A stretch of 58,419 nt of DNA from assembly GCA_964630975.1 (NCBI GenBank), contig CAZVVY010000003.1:58379-116797 (forward strand), read 5' to 3'. The notes under the pieces are model-generated. The model did not search any database. It was not told the DNA's origin and saw nothing but the letters and a program-made list of their open reading frames with translations. This stretch comes from Candidatus Micrarchaeota archaeon (GTDB lineage: Archaea > Micrarchaeota > Micrarchaeia > Norongarragalinales > Norongarragalinaceae). Made by a program: the position numbers and the translations under genes. Below are positions 9,399-17,356 of the stretch, one piece after another; the first letter of the stretch is position 1, and each line of letters begins with the position of its first letter.

Positions 9399-10316
9399 TC
9401 AACCTTTTACTCCCGCCATTATCAACGGAAACGCAATCGTCGCATCACATTGCACGCACGCCGTACGCGCCTTTTCCTTCACTTTTCCCCAGGACACGGC
9501 TTCATTGACGCGCGCCCCGCTCAAAGAACCGTCGAACGGGGTCGCAGTGGTAACGTAGACCGCGTAATCGAATCCGCCGCGCAACAAGTTGGCCCCGATT
9601 GAAAAGTGTTTTGCCGCGCCGCCACCCAACAAAATGCCTCCCGTCTTTTCTGCGGACAACACGACGGGGGCAAGTTGCTTCAAGTCGCCCGACGCATCCA
9701 CGCCGAACTCGGGGTGCTCCTGCGAATAAAAAAACATTTGGAGGCCGAACGCCCCGTCGCAAGGCGAAGGACACGCCACAGGAATCTCGTTTTTCGCGGC
9801 CCAGTAAAGAAAAGAGTTTTCGTCTTCGATTGTCAAGCCGAGGTCGCGAATCAACTCGTTGGGTGCGAGCAACCGCCCCAACTCTTTTTGCTTGGCGAGT
9901 TCCGCGTCGAAGAAGGGCTTGAGGCGCGCCTCCAAACCCTCGTAATGCGCGTTCTTCACGAGCACGTCGCCTATGCGATTCGTTCCCTCGGCGTGCAAGG
10001 CGGCGTCGTCCCCGTTAAACGAGCCGAACTCGAAGTCGCCGAAGCACTTCATGTAATCCTCTTCAACGGACCCTATACCCGTAACCACTACGTCCACGAA
10101 TTTTTCGCGGCACAACCGCGCGAACAGCCCGCGCAACCCCGAAGAAACCATGTTGGAAGTGAACGACAAGAACACGGTTGCGCCGGCCTCCTTCATCTCC
10201 TCGATTACTTCCACGGCCTTGGCGAGCTCGCGCGCCTGAAAACCCGTGCCCTTCATTCTTCGCGCGAGTTCGGCCGCGGAAACGCCTTTTTCAACGTTCA
10301 AATCCTCAACCTTCAC
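9399..10316 (-). CDS. dys: Deoxyhypusine synthase
   Basis: TGFQA, FTSNMVSSGLR, GGGAAKH, and DGSLSGA...EAVSWGK carrying the catalytic Lys. Confidence 0.95.
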   Translation of the reverse strand: MKVEDLNVEKGVSAAELARRMKGTGFQARELAKAVEVIEEMKEAGATVFLSFTSNMVSSGLRGLFARLCREKFVDVVVTGIGSVEEDYMKCFGDFEFGSFNGDDAALHAEGTNRIGDVLVKNAHYEGLEARLKPFFDAELAKQKELGRLLAPNELIRDLGLTIEDENSFLYWAAKNEIPVACPSPCDGAFGLQMFFYSQEHPEFGVDASGDLKQLAPVVLSAEKTGGILLGGGAAKHFSIGANLLRGGFDYAVYVTTATPFDGSLSGARVNEAVSWGKVKEKARTACVQCDATIAFPLIMAGVKG

Positions 10317-11184
10317 TCCTGTTCACCGTCCTCGCAACCGCCTTGGTCGCCTTGAATTTTTTTTCGAGCCACTTCTCAACCGCCCGCGAGTCGAACGGCT
10401 TGCACGAAAACAAGTCCACGTGCGCGTTGCCGAACCGCGGGTAAGTGTGAATGCTTGCGTGGCTCTCCTTCAAAAAAACGAAGCCGGTCAATCCCTCGTC
10501 CCGCTCTTCTTTTACGCGCACCACGTGCGGCTCGCCCAACGCAGTCATCCCCGCCTTTTTCGGCGCCTCCTTCAACACGCCGTAAACCAAGTCGAAGTCG
10601 TCGAGGGCGCCGGGCGAACAATCGTATAAGTCGAGCAACAAGTGCGAGCCCGTTTGTCCCGGCAAATCCTTGAAGAAGCGCGGCCCGGCCCGGCCCACGA
10701 ACTGGTAGGCGACGTCAAAACAAAGCAAGCCGAAGAAGTAAGCCCATTCCCCGCTCCACGCACTCAAAGCCAAGGCAGCCGCATCCGTCAACAAGCGGCG
10801 GCGCGCCACCAAACCCGAAAACCCTTTTTTACCCGCGAAGGAGTCGTTCAATTTTTCGTCGGCCGCACCGGCGACGAGCAATACCGCCAAAAAAGAAACG
10901 TTGACCGCGGGCAAACCGTAAAAAGCGATTACGGCGAACAAGGCGGCCAACGCGAACTGGTGGGCGCGCTTATCTATTTTTCCGCCCAACAAAACGCCCA
11001 CGGTTATTGCGAGAATCAAGGTCGCAAAAGGCGTTGAAAGCGAGGCAACAAAGCCGGCAACGGTTCCGTACAACGCGCCCGAAAAAAATTGAAGGTTTTT
11101 GTAAACGAATAATTTTTCGTCGACCTGCAAGTCGGTGAGCTTTGCAAGCAGCCCTGCTAAAAAGCACGATAAGTATTCAAACAC
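10306..11184 (-). CDS. speD: Fusion of an N-terminal multi-TM domain with a C-terminal pyruvoyl-dependent S-adenosylmethionine-decarboxylase-family domain
   Basis: C-terminal G.HLLLDLYDC...GLTGFVFLKE|SHASIHTYP...VDLFSC; the preceding ~170 aa are hydrophobic helices; GTG start; overlaps the dys start. Confidence 0.85.
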   Translation of the reverse strand: MFEYLSCFLAGLLAKLTDLQVDEKLFVYKNLQFFSGALYGTVAGFVASLSTPFATLILAITVGVLLGGKIDKRAHQFALAALFAVIAFYGLPAVNVSFLAVLLVAGAADEKLNDSFAGKKGFSGLVARRRLLTDAAALALSAWSGEWAYFFGLLCFDVAYQFVGRAGPRFFKDLPGQTGSHLLLDLYDCSPGALDDFDLVYGVLKEAPKKAGMTALGEPHVVRVKEERDEGLTGFVFLKESHASIHTYPRFGNAHVDLFSCKPFDSRAVEKWLEKKFKATKAVARTVNRSEG

Positions 11185-11278
11185 GTTCCATTACCTGAAA
11201 AAGAGGGCGTTCGCTGGATTGAAGTATCACGGGCAATCCTTTTTAGCGAAACGCATAAAAGAAAGTGTTTAGCCGCCT

Positions 11279-11899
11279 TTAAAATCGTAGCGAAACCACG
11301 AACAGGAACGTCGCCCACAACAAGCCCAGCGGCAAGCCGCCCGCGGCCTTGGCAGCCAAATAAAAAAATTTTGAAACAACGTAAAGCAGGAGCCAGGGAA
11401 CGAACAACAACGCGAAAACGAGTTTGTCCAGAAGCGACTTCGACAACAATTTTTTGGCGGGCCACGCCGCCGCGTCAACAAAGAAATTCGCGTAATCAAC
11501 CCAGCTCGGCACTGCCGACAAGGCAATGGAGCAAGCCGCGTAAAACAGGAAGGCACCGGCAACCCGGTAAGGGCCCGACAACAACGGGTAAGAAGAGTCG
11601 AACAAGGCGAGCGCCAAAAAGCTGGACAACAACAGGGGCGCGAAGTGCACCAAGGCAAGCGACCAAATCGAGGTCTTGAAGCGGTCGTACTCGAAATGAA
11701 GTTCCCCGTAATTATCGCCGGCCAACGAAAACCAAACGACTTTCCTCGGAGCCAGCCCCGCGGCAACAACCGCCAAATAATGCGCCAACTCGTGGGCTAC
11801 TACGCCCGGAAAAAGCAGTAACGCGTACGCGTAAGCGGGCAAAAGCCCTTTCCCCGCCGCCTTCACTACTCCAACGCGCGCCTTCGCCGATTCGCTCAT
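11279..11899 (-). CDS. Membrane zinc metalloprotease-like protein (M50/zincin-like)
   Basis: PGVVAHELAH (HExxH) inside a hydrophobic segment, followed by AP and PSxxD motifs. Confidence 0.7.
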   Translation of the reverse strand: MSESAKARVGVVKAAGKGLLPAYAYALLLFPGVVAHELAHYLAVVAAGLAPRKVVWFSLAGDNYGELHFEYDRFKTSIWSLALVHFAPLLLSSFLALALFDSSYPLLSGPYRVAGAFLFYAACSIALSAVPSWVDYANFFVDAAAWPAKKLLSKSLLDKLVFALLFVPWLLLYVVSKFFYLAAKAAGGLPLGLLWATFLFVVSLRF

Positions 11900-11913
11900 C
11901 CCAGGATTAGAAG

Positions 11914-11929
11914 GGGAAAAGCGTTTAAA
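11914..11929. promoter_or_regulatory. Bidirectional BRE/TATA (TTTAAA) serving the divergent protease gene and the thrS leader
   Basis: Palindromic TTTAAA at 11924-11929 lies 25 nt from both ATG 11899 (-) and ATG 11954 (+), the spacing expected for leaderless archaeal transcripts. Confidence 0.6.
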
Positions 11930-11953
11930 CCGTTTTCCACAAGATTAATGGTG

Positions 11954-11986
11954 ATGAAAACAGTTTCAAGCACTACGACGACCTGA
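11954..11986 (+). CDS. Putative threonine-rich leader peptide (uORF) MKTVSSTTTT*
   Basis: ATG AAA ACA GTT TCA AGC ACT ACG ACG ACC TGA: 5 of 10 codons are Thr, 4 consecutive; 77 nt upstream of thrS. An in-frame ATG also exists at 11948. Confidence 0.7.
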   Translation: MKTVSSTTTT

Positions 11987-11995
11987 TGTTCTTAC

Positions 11996-12052
11996 TCGCG
12001 GGACTGCCTGGCGCGTGGCCCCGCGACCGGCCGAAAAAAACGTTTTGGGAGG
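11996..12052 (+). promoter_or_regulatory. thrS leader hairpin and RBS
   Basis: TCGCGGG (11996-12002) pairs with CCCGCGA (12020-12026), with an inner GCC/GGC pair; RBS GGGAGG at 12047-12052. Confidence 0.6.
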
Positions 12053-12063
12053 ATTGAATTAAA

Positions 12064-13956
12064 ATGAAGTTATTGGAGTTGCACTGCGACTACATCGAGT
12101 ACAAGCCGGGAAAAAAGGCGTTGAAGAGCGCGCCCGAGTTGAGCGAAGAAGAAAAAGAGGGCGCCAGAATGGAGGAAGCCCTCGCCGTGTTCACCACTTT
12201 TGAAAAGGGCGACGACGAGTCCGTGGCCGACCAAGCCGCCGAACAAGTGAAAAAGAATTTCGGGGAAGTCAAGGCGCAAGCCGTAATGGTTTACCCGTAC
12301 GCGCACTTGTCGCACGACTTGGCGGACCCCGCCACCGCCACGCGCCTCCTCGAATACTTTTACGAAAAGGTTTTGGAGTTCGCCCCGAAATCCAAGAAAA
12401 GCGTTTTCGGGTATTACAAGGCGTTCGCCTTGAAGTGCAAGGGCCACCCCCTCGCCGAGTTAAGCAAGTCGTTCCACAAGACGGCCGAGGAACTCGGCGA
12501 AAAAAAAGAGTTCAAGAAAGAGTGCAAGGAAGATTTAAAGGCGGCCGACTCGGCTTCATTGAAGGCCGAGGAAAAGGCGAAGCGCCGCTTCCTCGTGCTC
12601 ACCCCGGAAGGCCGAATGGTTGACGCACAAGAATTCGATTACGGCGAGTGGAAGGACCTCAAAAAGTTTGCGGGCTACGAAATAAGCAAGGACCGCGTTT
12701 ACGCCGAGGAGCCGCCGCACATCCAAATGATGAAGGACCACGGCTTGTGCCAGTACGAGCCGGGCAGCGACGCAGGCAACTTCAGGTGGCCCCCGAAAGG
12801 CCGCCTCGTGAAAAAGCTGTTGGAAAAAGACATTACCGACTACTGCGTGGATTACGGCGCAATGGAAGTCGAAACCCCGATAATGTACGACTTCGAACAC
12901 CCCACCCTCAAAAAATACTTGAACCGATTTCCGGCAAGGCAATACGTGGTCAAAAGCGACGAAAAAGAGTTTTTCCTGCGCTTCGCCGCGTGCTTCGGCC
13001 AATTCCTGTTAAAGCACGACATGGTTATGTCTTACAAGAGCCTGCCCCTCAAAATGGTGGAGTTGACGCGCTACTCTTTCCGCCGCGAACAAACCGGGGA
13101 ACTCTCCGGCCTCAAGCGATTGCGCGCCTTCACGATGCCGGACATGCACACTTTGTGCGCCGACTTGGAGGGGGCGCGAAAAGAGTTCGGCGAACAATTC
13201 GACAAGTGTTTCGACTGGCTGACCGCGCTAGGCATACCTTTTGAAGCAGGCTTCCGAGTTCAAACGTCTTTCTTCGAGGAAAACAAGGATTTCTACTTGC
13301 GTATGGTGAAGCGGCTCGGCAAACCCGTGTTGCTGGAATTGTTCGACGAGCGCTACGCGTACTTCATAACCAAGTTCGAGTTCAACTTCGTGGACGCGAT
13401 GAGCAAGGCGAGCGCGCTCAGCACCGTGCAAATCGACGTGGAAAACGCGGACACCTACGACTTGTGGTTCACCGCCGAAGACGGCTCAAAAAAGCGGCCC
13501 GTCATCCTGCACGCTTCGTTGAGCGGCAGCGTTGAACGCGTTATTTACGCCTTGCTGGAAAACGAGTACTTGAAGTCCAAGCGCGGAAAAAAGCCGGTGC
13601 TTCCCGCGTGGCTCTCCCCCACGCAAGTTCGCCTCGTGCCCGTCAGCGACAAGCACAACGAGTACTGCGAGTCCCTCCTCGAACGATTCGAGGGGGTGCG
13701 CGTCGACTTGGACGACCGCAACGAAACGCTGGGCAAGAAAGTGCGCGAAGCCGAAAAGAATTGGGTGCCGTTCGTCGCCGTAATCGGCGACAAGGAAAAA
13801 GAGTCCGGCAAGCTCGCCGTAACAATGCGCGCCACCGGAGAAAAAAAGGAGTTGTCACCCGCGGAATTACGCGAACTCGTGAAAAAAGAATGCGAAGGGC
13901 GTGCTTTTGAAAAGCTTAGCTTGCCCGCGCGCCTGAGCAAGCGCCCCGTGTTCTGA
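12064..13956 (+). CDS. thrS: Threonyl-tRNA synthetase, archaeal type with N-terminal editing domain
   Basis: MK.L.LHCDY, YPYAHLS, LRFAACFG, YSFRREQ.GEL.GL.RLRAFTMPD.H, and the anticodon-binding domain. Confidence 0.98.
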   Translation: MKLLELHCDYIEYKPGKKALKSAPELSEEEKEGARMEEALAVFTTFEKGDDESVADQAAEQVKKNFGEVKAQAVMVYPYAHLSHDLADPATATRLLEYFYEKVLEFAPKSKKSVFGYYKAFALKCKGHPLAELSKSFHKTAEELGEKKEFKKECKEDLKAADSASLKAEEKAKRRFLVLTPEGRMVDAQEFDYGEWKDLKKFAGYEISKDRVYAEEPPHIQMMKDHGLCQYEPGSDAGNFRWPPKGRLVKKLLEKDITDYCVDYGAMEVETPIMYDFEHPTLKKYLNRFPARQYVVKSDEKEFFLRFAACFGQFLLKHDMVMSYKSLPLKMVELTRYSFRREQTGELSGLKRLRAFTMPDMHTLCADLEGARKEFGEQFDKCFDWLTALGIPFEAGFRVQTSFFEENKDFYLRMVKRLGKPVLLELFDERYAYFITKFEFNFVDAMSKASALSTVQIDVENADTYDLWFTAEDGSKKRPVILHASLSGSVERVIYALLENEYLKSKRGKKPVLPAWLSPTQVRLVPVSDKHNEYCESLLERFEGVRVDLDDRNETLGKKVREAEKNWVPFVAVIGDKEKESGKLAVTMRATGEKKELSPAELRELVKKECEGRAFEKLSLPARLSKRPVF

Positions 13957-13958
13957 AC

Positions 13959-14450
13959 TCACTGAATCTCGGCGTCGTAACGCCCTTGGTCCACGAGCTT
14001 GCAGAACTGCTTGGGGTTCTTGTTGTCAACCGTCGCGCCCAGCGAAAGGCACGTGCCCGCGACTTCCTTTACCGCGGCTTTGAGGGAGGAAGCCGTCATC
14101 GCGGCTTCCTTGGATTTGGCGATTGAAACCGCTTGCTCCACCTTCAAGTCGCCTATTCCCGGCTTGCCCTTCTTGCCTTCCTCTTCCTTGACGGGCGTTT
14201 TCACGCCGAGTTCCTTCTTGATTAACGCGGACACGGGAGGCGTGCCCACTTCGACTCTAAACGATTTTTTGGAGGGGTCCACGATTACTTTTACGGGAAC
14301 CTGCATTCCGGAGAACGCCTTGGTTTCCTCGTTGATTTTCGCGATTACTTCCCCTATGTTGAGGCCCGTGGGGCCCAACGCAGGCCCAAAAGGAGGCCCC
14401 GCATTTGCCTTGCCGCCGTCTACGAGGGCGGAAATAACTTGTTCAGCCAT
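13959..14450 (-). CDS. rpl11: 50S ribosomal protein L11
   Basis: GGKA..GPP.GPALGP, VGTPP.S.LIKKELG, GTC.S.G. Confidence 0.97.
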   Translation of the reverse strand: MAEQVISALVDGGKANAGPPFGPALGPTGLNIGEVIAKINEETKAFSGMQVPVKVIVDPSKKSFRVEVGTPPVSALIKKELGVKTPVKEEEGKKGKPGIGDLKVEQAVSIAKSKEAAMTASSLKAAVKEVAGTCLSLGATVDNKNPKQFCKLVDQGRYDAEIQ

Positions 14451-14489
14451 TTTAAGATAACACCTCAGTTAAAAGAGTGGAACGGTTTT

Positions 14490-17348
14490 TTATTGCCTTC
14501 GCTTGACGAACGCGAACGCCGCAACCGCCAAAGCGAACAACAAGGGCAGGGCCGGCGCTTCGTCTTCTTCTCCGGAAGCGCTTTGAACGCGTTTCACGGT
14601 GCACGAGTCGCTCAACGACCCCGAAGACAACTCTATTTCGTAAGAGCCGTACCCCGAAGAGTCGATTAACACGTCGTGCTTCCCCGTCCCCGAAGCGCAC
14701 GAAACCAAGCTGGCTTCCACCGGGCTCCCCTCAAAGAAAACTTCGACGGACAACGACTCGTCGCAAGACGGTTCGCCGCCGTCTTCAAGCACGGCGAACA
14801 CGTGGGAAGCATCCTTCGAAAAGCGTTTCGGGCAATCGATTACGAACGACGGCGGTTTTGGGGCGGGAGTCGCGGCCGGCTTCACGGTCGGCGTTGCCGG
14901 GAGGCGCACGGGAGCCGGAACCGGCTCGTTTTCCTCTTCGACTTCCACCAACTCGACTCCGAACGAGAACTCGGCCGCGTTGTAAGCGTCGGGCTCGCCG
15001 TCCTTTAAACCCGAACAATTCAAAATGAAATCGTATTTCCCGGTTTCAAACCCGGTGAAAAACGATAAGTCCTTGAATTCAATGGTGTTCGACGCTTTTA
15101 CCGCGTCGAACACTTCGGGCTCTTCGTCCACGTTTCCGCCCGCGTCCAGCGTTCGCTTGACGCTTGGCACGCAGGAATACTCTTGATAAGAGCCGTCTAC
15201 CGTGAACCTCAACCCGAAGCCGGGCTCCTTGTAAGCCGCGTCCACGGCGGGCTCGCGCACCGAAGGCGCGTTAACGAATAACTCTTGAACGTCTTCAACC
15301 GTGAAATCGATTTGTTTTTTCGGGAGTTCGCCACACTCCAACTCGAATGAGTACTCGCCTTCGGGGAAGCCCTCCGAAACGCTTTGCGGCTCGTCCGCTT
15401 TTGCGGAAACCGAGCCCTCGTACTCGCCCACGCGGTATTCACACTCCGCGTCCCGGTCTAAAACAAAGTAAAACTCGACCGTTTGGCCGTCGAAGTCGGC
15501 GCCCGAATAACTGTGGTTACTGTGGTTCGCCGGCCAATAAATCACGGGCTCGCCCTCTAAACCCGAAACGAATACCGCCGAATCCTTTTTGTCGCCGCAC
15601 GACGCCACGAACTCGTGTTCGCCGGGTCGGGCCGAAACCTCTTCCGAATAACTCGAAACTTCGCCGACGCTTTTGGACTCGCCGTCCAACGAATAAGAAC
15701 AATCGAATTCTCCGCCGTACACCTCGAAACCTATTTCAAACGGGTAATCCCAAACGAAGTCGGTGGAAGGCGCGGTTATTTCCGGCGCGCCGTCAGTGTA
15801 AACGCTTAACCTCACCGAATCCGAGTAATCCCATTGGCTTGTTCCGGAAAGAGAACACTCGACCACGAAATCGTATTCGCCTTGCGGCAGGGACCAAGAG
15901 CCGCTAACCTCGTAGCCCCCCGGAATCTGGTAAGGATAATCCTTGAACTCGCGGTCTTCAACGCCGACTTCGAAAAACCCGTAACGGCACTCGTACAAGT
16001 TGGCGCCCTGCAAAACGAATTTGAAGGGCGTGTTGCGCGGCGTTTCACCCGGGTAATCCCTGCCTTCCGGCTCCATTATTTCAACGGATTCCGACACGGG
16101 GTAATACCTGAAAGCTATCAAGGATTCGAGCAAGACGTCTTCACGCGAACACGAAACCTCTAACTCGTTTTCCCCGTACCTGAAATCCGTAGCGTAAGAC
16201 CCCGTATCCCTTTCTTGAACCTCGTTAACCGGGGCAACAATTGTTTCGCGTTCGGCGCCGTTCAACGAAACCAAACAATCGTATTCCGAAGGGTAAGCCG
16301 GAGAGCCTATTATGGGACCGCCCCCCCCACCAACGCTGTAAAGCACTTGAAACTCGAGTTGCGGGTGGCCGAAATAAGGCTGGCTTAACGGCGAAGAAAC
16401 CTCGAGGCACGGAACGTCCGAATCTTCTTCGCCTCCCAAAACAGTGTAAGTGACTTTAGCGTATTCATCTAATCCCACGGAATCGAACCCTTCGAGATTG
16501 ACGCGAAGGCCGCCGCCTTCAAGCAATGCTTCGTCGCCCACTTCCTCGAAGAAAACGCTTGCACCCTCGTATTCAAGCCAAAGCGACGAACCATAACTCC
16601 AATCCCTTACCGTGAACGGGCCGTAACCGCCCAAATCGAATTCGTAATCGACTTCAAGCAAAACATCTAACGGGTCCGACGGATCCGGTTCTCCGCCGAC
16701 GCCGCCGTCGCTAGGCAGGCAAACAAACGGGTTGTCGGGGGCTTCGAATATGCAGGCACCGCTCGAACAACCATCCGAACACTCTTTTTCGCGGCTCACG
16801 CAGTACTTGCCCGAACAATAAAACTCGTTCAAAGCGCTTCCATCACAATAATCGTAGTTGATTCCGCCGGCGTCAACGCAACTGCTCAACACGAGTTCCT
16901 CGAAAGGCTCGCCTTCATCAAAATCAGTGCAACCCTCCTCAAAAGGGTAATAATGGAATTTAGACGAGTTGGATTCGCATTCGCCGTCGCGCTCGCAAAA
17001 AACCTTTAACTCGTGCCAGCACGAGTGCCGGCCGCCGGAACAAGGCGGAACCTCGAACGAGCCCACGATGGCTTCGCCCGCCGAAGACAAATCAAAAAAG
17101 TATTCCGGGTCTACGGGGCAGTCGCCGCCGTTACCCGAAGAGCCCAGCTTGCCGGCCTGCGCCTCTAAGAAAACCTCGCAGCCGTAGCTTCCGCTTTCGT
17201 TAAACCACAACAAAACATCGATTGAACCGTCGCCTTCATTCAACGAGTAATCCGCGGGTTCCGTAAAAACGGTTTCGAAGTCGTTTGCCGCCGCAAAAAA
17301 AAACAGGAAACAAAGAAAAATTATCGAGCGCTTCAACACTTTTTTCAC
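14490..17348 (-). CDS. Secreted, C-terminally anchored acidic surface protein (952 aa) with Ig-like modules and a Cys-rich domain
   Basis: Signal peptide; repeats I..P....Y.C.YSLDG....GE.E..V.C; Pro/Thr linker; tail DEAPALPLLFALAVAAFAFVKRRQ. Confidence 0.8.
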   Translation of the reverse strand: MKKVLKRSIIFLCFLFFFAAANDFETVFTEPADYSLNEGDGSIDVLLWFNESGSYGCEVFLEAQAGKLGSSGNGGDCPVDPEYFFDLSSAGEAIVGSFEVPPCSGGRHSCWHELKVFCERDGECESNSSKFHYYPFEEGCTDFDEGEPFEELVLSSCVDAGGINYDYCDGSALNEFYCSGKYCVSREKECSDGCSSGACIFEAPDNPFVCLPSDGGVGGEPDPSDPLDVLLEVDYEFDLGGYGPFTVRDWSYGSSLWLEYEGASVFFEEVGDEALLEGGGLRVNLEGFDSVGLDEYAKVTYTVLGGEEDSDVPCLEVSSPLSQPYFGHPQLEFQVLYSVGGGGGPIIGSPAYPSEYDCLVSLNGAERETIVAPVNEVQERDTGSYATDFRYGENELEVSCSREDVLLESLIAFRYYPVSESVEIMEPEGRDYPGETPRNTPFKFVLQGANLYECRYGFFEVGVEDREFKDYPYQIPGGYEVSGSWSLPQGEYDFVVECSLSGTSQWDYSDSVRLSVYTDGAPEITAPSTDFVWDYPFEIGFEVYGGEFDCSYSLDGESKSVGEVSSYSEEVSARPGEHEFVASCGDKKDSAVFVSGLEGEPVIYWPANHSNHSYSGADFDGQTVEFYFVLDRDAECEYRVGEYEGSVSAKADEPQSVSEGFPEGEYSFELECGELPKKQIDFTVEDVQELFVNAPSVREPAVDAAYKEPGFGLRFTVDGSYQEYSCVPSVKRTLDAGGNVDEEPEVFDAVKASNTIEFKDLSFFTGFETGKYDFILNCSGLKDGEPDAYNAAEFSFGVELVEVEEENEPVPAPVRLPATPTVKPAATPAPKPPSFVIDCPKRFSKDASHVFAVLEDGGEPSCDESLSVEVFFEGSPVEASLVSCASGTGKHDVLIDSSGYGSYEIELSSGSLSDSCTVKRVQSASGEEDEAPALPLLFALAVAAFAFVKRRQ

Positions 17349-17356
17349 CGAGAAAA

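Noticed and set aside
11951-11986. C/D-box sRNA (GTGATGA ... CTGA) upstream of thrS
   Set aside because: There is no room for a D'/C' pair with two guides and no terminal stem; the Thr-codon uORF explains the same bases better. A K-turn cannot be fully excluded.
12006-12019. tRNA-Thr anticodon mimic as in the E. coli thrS operator
   Set aside because: The loop contains CGT but lacks the 7-nt anticodon-loop geometry.
16318-16330. C-run in the 952-aa gene as a phase-variation tract
   Set aside because: Only 8 C, encoding a Gly linker in an intact frame; no evidence of slippage.
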